NCBI GenBank assembly: GCA_963771175.1
Contig: CAVYSY010000030.1
Span: 96,001-160,000 of the forward strand
Direction of reading: 5' to 3'
DNA: 64,000 nt
Origin: an uncultured delta proteobacterium
Lineage (GTDB): Bacteria; Myxococcota; Myxococcia; Myxococcales; Myxococcaceae
Shown: positions 53,927 to 64,000 of the stretch, piece by piece
How positions within the stretch are numbered: position 1 is the first letter of the stretch
How the letters are laid out: the number at the start of each line of letters is the position of its first letter
Translations under genes and position numbers: made by a program
Notes under the pieces: generated by a model
Database searches by the model: none
What the model was told of the DNA's origin: nothing
The model's input: the letters and a program-made list of their open reading frames with translations, nothing else

Positions 53927-55078
53927 ATGGAGTCCCCCACCCATTTCCGGAAGCAGACCGCGCGGGGCAAGGAGGCCACGGACCGGGTTCTCTTCTCCAA
54001 CGAGGACACCGAATTCCTGGTCGTCTGGCGCATGGACCACAGGCCGCACGGGCTGCTGCGCTACCTGGTCCGCCCGCGCACCTGTCAGCGTGTCGGCGGG
54101 TTGATGGAGGCGGACATGTTGCCTTCCCACGCGCCCCACGAGGCGCACCTGCGTCTGGTGGAGGAGTCGCGGCTCGTCTCGCTCCTCGCGCACCCGGCCA
54201 TCGTCCGCGTCTACGGATTGCACGAGTCCGAGGGCACGGTCTTCCTCCTCAAGGAGCATGTCGAGGGCTGCAACCTGGATACGGTCACCAGCCTGGGGGT
54301 GCTGCGGAGACGGCGCATGAGCGAGGCCTTCTGCCTGTACGTCGGCGGCGAGGTGGCCGGGGCGCTGCACGCCGCGCACACCGCGAGGGATGCGGAGGGC
54401 CGTCCGCTGGGTCTGCTCCACCGCGCCGTGAGCCCGAGCTGCATCCGTGTCGGACTGAAGGGACAGGTGAAGCTGACGGACTTCGCCTCGGCGTACTCGC
54501 TGCTTCCCGGACGCTTGGGGACTCCGAAGGGGTTGGTGCCGGGGGAGATTGATTACGCCGCTCCGGAGCGCTTGCTGAAGCGAGGCACGGACGTCGGGGA
54601 TGCCCGGGCGGACGTCTTCTCGCTGGGCGTGGTGCTGCTGGAACTGCTGACGGGTTGGAACCTCTATGGCCTGGAGGCCGTGGAGCGGGCGGCGCGGGGA
54701 GCGCGGCGCGTGCTCAAGGCGCGGGCCAGGGCGAGGTCGGAGCTGCCGAGCTGGGCCTCGGTCAAGGAGATGGCCCGGCTCGCCTCCTCCTTCCGCCCGG
54801 AGCACGTGGAGGCCGCCATGTGGGGAGTGTCAGCGCCCGTGAGGATCGTCATCCACAAGGCCCTGCGCGCGGATCCCGCCGAGCGATATGCGACCGCGGC
54901 GGAGTTGCAGGCCCACCTCCAGCAGTGCCTGCGCGCGCGGCGCGATCCCTATGGCGCGGAGCAGGCCGCGCGAGAGCTCATGGTCGCACGCACGGAGGCA
55001 GAGGCCTCGCCCGAGCGGGAGACCGCCGGCCTTTTGGAATGGGGCATCTTCGCCGAGGACGTGCCCCGGCATTCGTGA
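53927..55078 (+). CDS. Ser/Thr kinase-fold protein, probable pseudokinase
   Basis: HPAIVRVY, YAAPE and ADVFSLG are retained. The catalytic loop reads HRAVSPSCI, DFA replaces DFG, and there is no Gly-rich loop. Confidence 0.75.
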   Translation: MESPTHFRKQTARGKEATDRVLFSNEDTEFLVVWRMDHRPHGLLRYLVRPRTCQRVGGLMEADMLPSHAPHEAHLRLVEESRLVSLLAHPAIVRVYGLHESEGTVFLLKEHVEGCNLDTVTSLGVLRRRRMSEAFCLYVGGEVAGALHAAHTARDAEGRPLGLLHRAVSPSCIRVGLKGQVKLTDFASAYSLLPGRLGTPKGLVPGEIDYAAPERLLKRGTDVGDARADVFSLGVVLLELLTGWNLYGLEAVERAARGARRVLKARARARSELPSWASVKEMARLASSFRPEHVEAAMWGVSAPVRIVIHKALRADPAERYATAAELQAHLQQCLRARRDPYGAEQAARELMVARTEAEASPERETAGLLEWGIFAEDVPRHS

Positions 55079-55199
55079 GCGGGCCGCGCGGCCAGGTCTT
55101 CCCAGTACCTGGGCACGAAAAAAGCGGGGAGGGAACACCGACCCTGATGGGTCCGCGTCCCTCCCCGCCCGTGACGTCACCTCATGTTGAGGTGTGGTG

Positions 55200-55870
55200 C
55201 TACTTCGCCGCCAGGGAGGGCTGGGCCTCCATGCCCTCCTGGAGCGCCGTCATGAGCCGCGCCATCTCCGACATCGGCACGTCCTGCAAGCTGACGAGCG
55301 TCTTGCCGCCCTCGTTGCGCGCGGTGAAGCGGACTCTCGCCACCCCGTTGAAGTTCCGGAAGAGGCTGTCCTCGAAGAACAGGAGCCGCGCCTGGTCCGG
55401 CACGGGCACCCGCACCCGGGCGGGGCCTTCTTGGCCCGCGTGGCCCGCTCCACCTCGTCCACGCTGCACTCGGCGAAGGTCTTCGTCACCACCTTGCCGT
55501 CCTCCTGCGGTACGTCGATCATCACGGTGCTCGGATCCGGGCCCAGGACGGTGCCGGTTGCCTCCACGTAACGGAGGAGGGCTCGCAGGCCGTACACGCC
55601 GTACTGCGTGCAGACGGCTTCCGTGAAGCTTCGGGCCACGGCGCCGTACACGGTCAGGGTGGACTGCGAGACCGCCTTCACGCGCTTGCTGAAGTAGTCC
55701 TGGGCGGTCTTGTACCCGGCCAGCTCCGGCAGCTTCCGATCCACCACGTAGTTGTACAGCGTGCCGATCTGGTGCGCGGCGGTGTTCCCTTGCCTGAGCA
55801 GCCCGACCATGGTGTCCGTGGCCTGCTCCAGCGTCATGTCGGTGCCGATGGCCTGTCGAATCACTACCAT
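55200..55870 (-). CDS. Hypothetical protein (frameshift near 55420)
   Basis: MVVIRQAIG...GYKTAQDYF... joins ...RVRVPVPDQARLLFF...SLAAK*. GAGGGGG upstream. Confidence 0.6.
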
Positions 55871-56033
55871 ATGTCTTACCCCCTCGTTTTGTTGTTGAAC
55901 CGCGTTGAATGCGGCGAGCATGGACATGGCAGGATGCGGGCCAAGGACGGGTGGTCCCTGGTTTCAGATACTTACGTGTCGGGCATGCTCCTTTGGGGTC
56001 CACCCCGTGCTGGACCATCCGGCATTTGAGACG

Positions 56034-56058
56034 GTCACTCGTTGACGTCAACGAGTGA
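56034..56058. repeat. Right copy of the 24-nt repeat; perfect 24-bp palindrome at 56035-56058
   Basis: TCACTCGTTGACGTCAACGAGTGA. Confidence 0.9.
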
Positions 56059-56197
56059 GGGGGCCTGCAGACGAGGGGCCTGCTCTTCCGCCAGGTGGAA
56101 GACGCCGCGTCGCCTGCCCTCCGGCCGGGGGAACAGCAAAAATTCCGGGGGCTTAGGTCGCGTGGTAACTTCGGGTGCTCTTTAGAAGCCCCCGCAG

Positions 56198-59100
56198 ATG
56201 GCCACCGACAGCGACTCCCCCAAGCCCGCGTCCGAAGCGCAAGCCGCAACCCCCGAGCTGCGCCTGTTGGATCGTCGCGCCTTCGTGGGGTTTCCGCCCC
56301 TCGAGCTGGCGCCGGGTCTGTCCATCGCGGACTTCGCGCTGCAGATTCCGGACGTCTCCTTCCCCTTCAACGTCAGCTCGGGCGCCTCGCGCTACCAGCG
56401 CAAGAAGCTCCTCTTCGGCTTCCTGGAGCTGCACGTCGACGCGGACCTGGTGGCGCGCAAGGTGGCGGAGCTCGCCGGGCGCGTGGCGGGCCTCGAGGGG
56501 CTGAAGCTGCACTTCCGCCCCGGCTACCTGGAGGGCCAGGCCTTCCTCCAGGCCCCGGAGCGCACCCCGCTCACCTTCAAGGTGGCCTTCGACGCCGACG
56601 GGGAGCGGCTCGCCCTCTACCTCTACGACGTGCGCCTGTACGGCTTCGCCTCCACGCCGTCGGTGCAGGTGCCCGGGCTCCTCGCCACCACCGTGGCCGA
56701 GCTGGGCCTGCTGCCCGAGGTGGAGGTGCGCGGCGCCACCGGCTTCTCCACCCGCGTGCTGCCCGCGCTCTGCCAGAAGGCCGCCGTCAGCCGGGGCTTC
56801 AAGATGCCGACGCTCGACACCGCGCGCCTCTCCTCCGCCGAGGTGAGCAGCGCGGGTCTGCGTCTGCGCTTCTCCTCTGGAGGCCTGCCGCCGCCGGCTC
56901 CGCCCGACGAGGAGCTGCTGCTGGCCCTCGAGGGCGCTCGCGCCTTCGCCGATGCCGAGGCCCTCATCGCCCAGGGGCGGCTCGCCGAGGCGCGCGAGGC
57001 CTACCTCCAGGCCGGGGACGCCCAGGACGCCCACCCCTTCGCCGCCGAGCGTCTGCTGTCGCTGCTCGTGGCGGACCCGCAGGCGCACGATCTCGCCCTG
57101 GACCTCGCGGCCACGCTGCTGCGCCGCCGCGAGAAGAGCCCCGCCGCCCTCTGGGGCGAGGCCGTGGTGCGTGAACGCCGTGGTGAGCACGCCCGCTCCG
57201 CCGAGCGTTTCCTCGCCCTGTGTGCCCTGTCGCGCCGTGCCTCCGAGGAGGCCGCCGCCTTCTTCTCCGCCGAGGCCGCCGCTCGCGCCGCCCGCGACCA
57301 CGCGCCCCAGGTGGCGGTGAAGGCCCTCCACGAGGTGCTCGGCCTCAAGCCGGACCACCTGCCTTCCCTCAAGGCCCTCGCGCGCGCCTCGGACCAGAGC
57401 CGCGACCGCGCCGGTGCCGTGCGCGCCTACCGCCGCATCGCCGCGCTCGCGAGAGACCCCGCCGAGGCCGCGGATGCACACGTTCACCTCGCGCGCCTGT
57501 GCGCCCAGACGGAGGACGACGTCGCCGGCGCCCGCCTGCACTGCGAGGCCGCGCTGCGCCTCTCGCCGGACCAGCCGGATGCGCTGCTGCTGCTCGGTGA
57601 GCTGTGCCACCGCGGCGGCGAGCACCTGCGCGCCCTCAAGGCCCTGGACCGCCTGCGCGAGGTGGCCATGGCCCGCCACGAGCTCGACCGGGTGGGCCGC
57701 GCCAACCTCATGGCCGGCCGCATCTGGGAGCAGGGCCTCCAGCAGCCGGACAACGCGCTGCTGCGCTACCGCGAGGCCGTGTCGCTGCTGCCCGGCGAGC
57801 CCGAGCCCCTCTTCGCCACCGCGCGCGTGGCCGAGGCCCTGGGCAAGCTGCAGGAGGCGCTTTCCGGCTACCAGCAGGCGCTGGAGCTCGCCGGCCCCGC
57901 CCCGCGCTCCGAGTCCGTCCGCGAGGCCGCGCACCAGAGCCACCACGCCCTGGCTCGCCTGTACCGCACGAAGCTCGGAGACCCCGCCCGCGCCCGCGAG
58001 CACCTCGAGGCCGCGCTCGCGTTGGACCCGCGCGACACCGCCGCGCTCGACGAGCTGATTCCCTACTTCCGCGCCACCGGCCGGGCCCAGGAACTCGCCG
58101 AGGCGCTGGAGAAGGCCGCCGCCGTCCACGAGGAGCCCGGCCGCCGCGCCGTCCTCTGGGCCGAGGCCGGTGAGCTGTTCCGCGGCCGCCTGCAGCAGCC
58201 CGAGAAGGCCGAGCGCCTCCTCACCTCCGCGCTGGAGGCCGACCCGGACTACCAGCCCGCGCTGGAGTCCATGCTCGCGCTCGCCGAGGCGCGCCGCGAT
58301 GGAGGGCTGCTCACCCGGTGCCTCTCCGCCCTCGCGCGCCTCACCCCCGAGCCCAAGGAGCGCGCGCAGAAGTACCGCCGCCTCGCCGTGGCCGCGCGCG
58401 ACCTCGCCTTCGACCTGGACCTCGCCGCCACCGCCCTCCTGGAGGTGCTGAAGGCCGAGCCGGAGGACCTGCCCACCCTGGGCGAGTTGTGCGCCCTCCA
58501 ACGCAAGCGCTCGGACATGGCGGGCCTGGCCAGCGCCTTGGAGGAGCGGGCGCGCGTGGCCGAGGCGCAGGGCGACAAGCGGCTCGCGGCCGCGGCGCTG
58601 CGCGAGCTGTCCAATGTGCTGGAGGCCCGGCTGGGCCGCATCGGCGAGGCGCTGGTGTCCCTGGAGAAGGCCGCGCGCCTCTCCCCGGACCAGGCCGTGT
58701 TGCTGGAGCTGGCGGACCTCTCGCTGCGCTGCGAGCGTCCCGAGCACGCCCGGCGCGCGCTGGAGACGCTGCTGTCCACCCTGCCGCGCACCACCGCGCC
58801 CGAGCGTCTCGCCGACATCCGCTCGCGCCTGGGCCGCGCGTGCGAGCAGATAGGAGACCGCGAGGCCGCCATCGCCGCCTACGCCCAGGCCTTCCCGCTG
58901 CGCCGTCTCGATGACGCGCTCGCCTCCCGGCTGGAGGCCCTCTACACCGAGGCCGGTGAGACGCGTGAGCTGGCCGAGCTGTGGGCCTCGCGTGCCCAGG
59001 CCCTCGTCGCCGCCGAGCGCGCCGCCGAGGCCGCGCCCCTCTTCCTGCAGAGCGCCCGCGTCCTCCTGGAGCGCGGGGAGAAGGGCCCCGCCCTCCTGCG

Positions 59101-62100
59101 CCTGTCCGCCGCCCTCGACGCGAGCCCCTCGGGCCCGCTGGCCGCCGAGGTCCTCGACGCGCTCGCCGAGCTGGAGCTGGAGCGCGGGGAGAAGCTGGAG
59201 GCCGCCCGGCTCTTCGCGCGCAAGGCCTCGCTGGTGGCCGATGCGCGTGCCGGCGCGAAGCTCCTCTTCCGCGCCTCCGTGCTCGCCATGGGCACCAGCC
59301 GCGAGGAGGCCTTCCTCGCCGAGGCCCTGGAGCGCGATGCCTCCTTCGCCCCCGCGCGCATGCGCCGTGGCGAGCTGCGGTTGCAGGTGGACCCTCGCGC
59401 CGCCCTGGAGGACTTCGAGGCCGTGCTGGCGCTGCCTCCGGCGGACCCGGATGCGCTCCGCGAGGAGGAGCTGCTGGAGCTGACCCGTCGCGCCTCCTCC
59501 GCCGCGGTGCGCGCGGGCCGCTCGGACTCCGCTCGCCGCCTGCTGGCGCAGTACTGCGCCCTGGCTCCCGAGGACCTCGAGGCCCGGTTGGAGCTCGCCG
59601 GCCTGCACCGCAAGGCGGGCGCTCGCGAGCCGCTGGCGGACCTTCTCGCCACGCTGTGGCCGCGCCTCTCCGGTGACGCGCGCCGCTCCGCCCGCCGCGA
59701 GCTGACCGAGCTGTCCCTCGCCCTCGGCCGCACCGCCGAGGCCGCCGACGCCCTGCGCAGCCTCCTGGCCGAGGAGCCCCACGACGCGTGGGCCACCCAG
59801 TCCCTGCTGGAGCTGTTGCCTCCGCCGGGCACCGGCACCGTCCAGGAGGAGACCGAGCGCCTCGCGCTGCTGGGCACCCTCATCTCCGCCGCCGAGGGCG
59901 ATGCCCGCGCCGAGCTGCTCGCCCGCCGCGCCGCCCTCCACCGCAACGCCGGCCGCTCCCAGTCCGCGCGCGACGACTTCCTCGCGGCCACGAAGCTCGC
60001 CCGCCGTCCCGCGCCCCTGTGGCTCGCCCTCGCCGCGCTCGCCCGCGAGGCGGGGGACGACGTGGACGAGCTGCACGCGTGGCGCAACGTCGTCGCCTCC
60101 GAGCCCGAGCTGGCCGAGCGCGCCCGCGCGCGTCTGCTCGCGCTCGCCTCCGCGCTGGTGGAGAAGGACGCGCGCGCTCCGGCCCGCGAGGCCCTGCTCG
60201 CCGCCGTGGAGCTGCCGCTGTCCCCGGCCGAGCGCTGTGATGCCTTCTTCGCCCTCGCCACGCTCGAGCGCCGCGACGGGCAGGTGGCCGCCGAGGTGGA
60301 GGCGCTCGCCGAGGCCGCGCGCCAGGGCCCCACGCCTCGCCGGGTGGAGGCGCTGCTGGTGCGCGCGAGCCTGCTCGAGAAGGCCGGGGACCTCTCCGGG
60401 TCCGCCGCCAGCCTGGAGGCCGCGCTCTCCCTCGCCCCGCGCCATGCCGGTGCCACCACCGCGCTCCAGCGCGTGCTGCGGGACATGGAGGACTGGGCCC
60501 GCCTCGCCGATGCTGCTCGCCGCCGAGGCCCCGCACGCTCCTCCCGCCGAGGCCGCCGCCCTCTACGCGGAGCTGGGCACCCTCCACCTGGAGCGTCTGG
60601 AGCAGCCCGAGGCCGCCGAGGCCGCGCTGCGGCAGGCGGTGCGTCTGGCACCCGGCGGACCTCGTGGTGCGCCGCCGGCTCGTGGCGCTCGTCGCGGACC
60701 GGGGGGACTTCGCCGAGGCCTCGAAGCTCCTCGACGTCGGCACAGGGGACATCGCTCCCGCCGAGGCCGCCGCCCTCCTGCGCGAGGGTTCCGCCCACGC
60801 CCGCTCCGCCGGGGACATGGCACGCGCCCTCGACATGGCCCGCCGCGCCCATGCGCTCGTCCCCGCTCGGGACGCGCAGCTCTCCGAGCTGGCCGAGCTC
60901 CTCTTCCTGCACGGCGACGTGAAGGAGGCGATGCCCCTTCAGGAGCAGCTCGCCGCCGCCGCCGACTTCGCCACCGAGCCCGAGCGCGCCGAGAAGGCCT
61001 GGCTGCGCCTGGGAGCGCTCGCGGAGAAGCTCGGGGACGCCCGGCGCGCGGTGTCCGCCTACAAGCGGCTCCTCGCCGAGCGCCCGCTGAACGAGGTGGC
61101 CGTGCAGCGCCTCGCCGCGCTGCTGGAGAAGGACGAGCCCCGCGCCGCCTTCGACGTGCTCGTCTCCCACGCGCGCGCCCTGCCTCCCTCCGAGGACACC
61201 GCCCAGCGGCTCGTCTTGCTCTCGGAGCGCGCCCGGGACTCCCTGGCCGACTCCACCCTCGCCGCCACCCTGCTGGCTCGCGCGGCGGAGATGGCCGCCG
61301 GAGCCGCTGCCGCTGCACCAGTCGCTCGCCGACCTCTACCGTGACGCGGGCCGCGTCCCCGAGCTGATGGCCCAGCTCCAGGTGGTGGCCGCGCTCTGCC
61401 AGGAGACGGGAGACACCGACGGCGCCATCGACGCTTGCGCGGAACACGCGCGTCTGGCCGAGGAAGCCGGCCGCGTGGACGAGTCCCTGCGCTCGCTGGA
61501 GGCTCTGCGCTTCCTCCTGGAGGAAGCGGGCCGCGTGGACGAGGCCGCCGACCACGAGCGCCACCGCGCGGAGATGCTGCGCGACGCGAAGCTGGACCTG
61601 CCCGCCGCCGAGGCCGCGCTGGAGCGGGCCTTCGCGCTGTCCGCGCAGCTCGACACGGCGCGCATGGGCATCGAGCTGGCCGCTCGCCGGGACGACACCG
61701 TCGCCGAGGCCCGCTGGCTGGAGCGCGCCCTGCCGCTGCTGCCCGTCACGAGCGAGCAGGCCACGTCGCTGCTGCGGCTGGCGAAGCTCCACCTCGACGT
61801 GCTGGAGGAGTCCGGCAAGGCCGAGGGCTTCCTGCGCGAGGCGCTCCGCCACGACCGCTCCCTCGAGGAGGCCGAGACGCTCCTGTGCGAGCTGCTCGAG
61901 CGCGAGGGCCGGGTGGCGGAGCTGGCCGCCTGGTTCGAGGAGTCCGCCTCGCTGGAGGAGGACCCCTCCCGCCGCGCGCAACTGCTGCTGCGCGCCGCCA
62001 CCCTCTACCGTGAGCGCGCCGGGCGCCCGGAGGCCGCCGTCATCGCGCTGCTCGCCGCGCGCTCCGCGCTGCCGGATGACCTGGGCCTCACCCGCCAGGC

Positions 62101-64000
62101 GGCGGACCTGCTCCACGAGCTGGGCCGTGCCGAGGACGCCGCCGAGTTCGACGCCCTCCTGCTGGAGGCGGACCCCTTCCGGGAGCCCGTCTACTCGCGC
62201 CACCGCGCCTTCCTCACCGACGTCGGGCGACCACCAGTCGCTCGCCGCGCTGATGCTCCGCCGTGCCCAGCGGCAGCCGCCCGTCGAGGCCGCCGAGAGC
62301 TACCTCGCCGCCGCCAGGGCCTTCCGCGAGGCCGGTGCGCTGGAGCGCGCGCTGCTGTGCGAGGACCAGGCCTTCGAGCTCGCCCCCTCCAGCGCCGAGG
62401 CCTTCCACCTGCTGCGCGCCCGCGCCGCCGGGGACGTGCGCCGTCTCGCGGAGCTGCTCGCCCTGCGCGCCGCCGCCGTGCCGCCCGAGCAGGCCCTGCC
62501 GCTGCTGCGCGAGCGCGCGGACTCGCTGCTGAAGGCGGGGGAAGCCCTGCTCGCCGCCCAGGCCTTCGACGACTACCTCGCCAAGGCGGGGGATGACACG
62601 GACGTGCTGGCCACTCGCGCCGAGCTGGCCGCCGAGGGCGGTGGCCCCAACGCGGCCCAGCCGTACGACCGGCGCCTGCTCGCCGCGGGCGGTGAGTCGC
62701 TCCCCGTCCCGGTGCGCGTGCGCACGCACCTGCGGCTCGGCCATGCCTCGCTGTCCTCCGGCGCGTATCGCGACGCCGCGGAGTCCTTCGAGGCCGTGGT
62801 GACGCTCGACCCCGAGGGCGAGCGCGGACAGGAAGCGCTGTCCCTCCTCTCCGAGGTGTACGGCCGCACCGGCAACACCCAGGGCCTCTACCGGGCCTCG
62901 CTGAAGCTCGCGCGCAAGGCGGACGCCCCCACGGCCGAGGTGCTGTACCGCCGCGCCGCCGACCTCTTCGAGGACCCGAGGGACTCCATCGACGCGCTGC
63001 TCCACCTGGCGCGCCTGCGTCCCGCGGATGCCAGCGTCATCGACCGGGCCGTGGAGGGCCTGCGTGCCCTGAGTCGCCCCGCGGACCTGCTCGCCGTCTA
63101 CGAGGCGGGGGCACAGGCCGCCGGGGGCGCTCGCGCCGCGGAGCTGTTGCTGGCCGCCGCCGACGTCGCCGCGGCCCAGCTCGATGACCCCCAGCGCGCC
63201 ACGGCCCTCCGGGAGCGCGCGGCCGATGCGGACCCGTCCAACGTGGTCGCGCTCCGCGCCCGGGTGGAGGGCCTGCGCCAGACGGGTGACTCGGCCCGGT
63301 TGCTGGAGTCGCTCGAGCGGCTGGTGTCGCTGACGGAGGACGAGGACGAGGCCTCCCTCCTGCGCCTGGAGCTGGCCTCCCTGGCGAGTGCCGCCGGCCG
63401 TCAGCCGCTCGCCCGCGAGTCGCTGGAGGCGGTGGTGGCCCGTGGTGCCTCCGGTGCCGGTTACGCCGAGGCGCTGGAGGCCCTGGAGCCGCTGCTCGCG
63501 GAGGAGCCGGACCGCCTCGCCGAGGTGCGGCTGGCCCGGGCGGAGCTGCTCCCCAACTCGGATCGCCGGGAGCTGCTGCTGTCGGCGGCGCGCGACTTCG
63601 AGTCCGCCGGCCATCTCCCGGAGGCGTTGCGCGCGGCCCGTGCCGCCGTCTCCGTCGAGCCGGACGTGGAGTCGCTGCGGCTGGTGGCCCGGCTGCACCA
63701 GGCGTCCAACGAGCCCGGTCGCGCGGCCCAGTCGCTGCTGCAGGCGGCTCGACTCGCGTACTCCGCCCAGAGGCCGGCGCTGCTGCTGGAGGCGGCGGAC
63801 CTGTGGGAGTCCGCGGGCGAGCGTGGCGAGGCCCTCGAGGTGGTGGAGCGTCTGGCCACGGAGGCCCCGGGCACGCTGGGCCCGGCGGAGCTGTCCGAGC
63901 GCTTCCACCGGCTGGGCGCCTCCGCGCGTGCCGTCGAGGTGGGCTTCGGGCCCATGCTCGAGTCCGGGGATGCGGCGGGGGCGCTCGCGCTCGCCGAGCG
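56198..64000 (+). CDS. Giant TPR-repeat protein (partial, runs off the window; frameshifts near 60510, 60653, 61300, 62226)
   Basis: Continuous A/L/E/R-rich TPR-like helices (e.g. AREHLEAALALDPRDTAALDEL). ORF pieces join with single-base shifts. Confidence 0.8.

Noticed and set aside
56198..64000. Assigning a gliding-motility gene symbol to the giant TPR protein
   Set aside because: Myxobacteria have several giant TPR proteins and I cannot establish orthology from the sequence alone.

Overview
GC-rich window whose gene content (DUF2381, DUF3396, Cys-rich surface proteins, several eukaryote-like Ser/Thr kinases, a giant TPR protein) points to a myxobacterium; that assignment is an inference. 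Housekeeping genes (clpP, acyl-CoA synthetase, nth, argC-argB, YebC family, PAS histidine kinases) are interleaved with two accessory regions. (1) A defence-like island at about 11.9-23.3 kb. It holds an operon of WGR/beta-propeller protein, WGR/ARM-repeat protein and winged-helix/SWIM protein, then a ~270-nt structured msr-msd ncRNA, a retron reverse transcriptase (NAxxH, YADD, VTG) and a small membrane protein. This is a type XIII-like retron with an apparent extra WGR-propeller gene. Directly downstream is an OLD-like ATPase-TOPRIM nuclease gene split by a 1206-bp IS630 element; removing the IS restores the reading frame. (2) A ~6.7-kb cassette at 49.3-56.1 kb (kinase, DUF2381, lipoprotein, Cys-rich protein, pseudokinase, hypothetical) bracketed by identical 24-nt repeats containing the perfect 22-bp palindrome CACTCGTTGACGTCAACGAGTG, next to a PLD-nuclease-like gene. 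Many otherwise healthy genes carry single-base frameshifts, mostly +1 insertions, which suggests assembly indel errors. Apparent pseudogenes should therefore be read cautiously. All family assignments come from motif recognition by eye; no database search was run.
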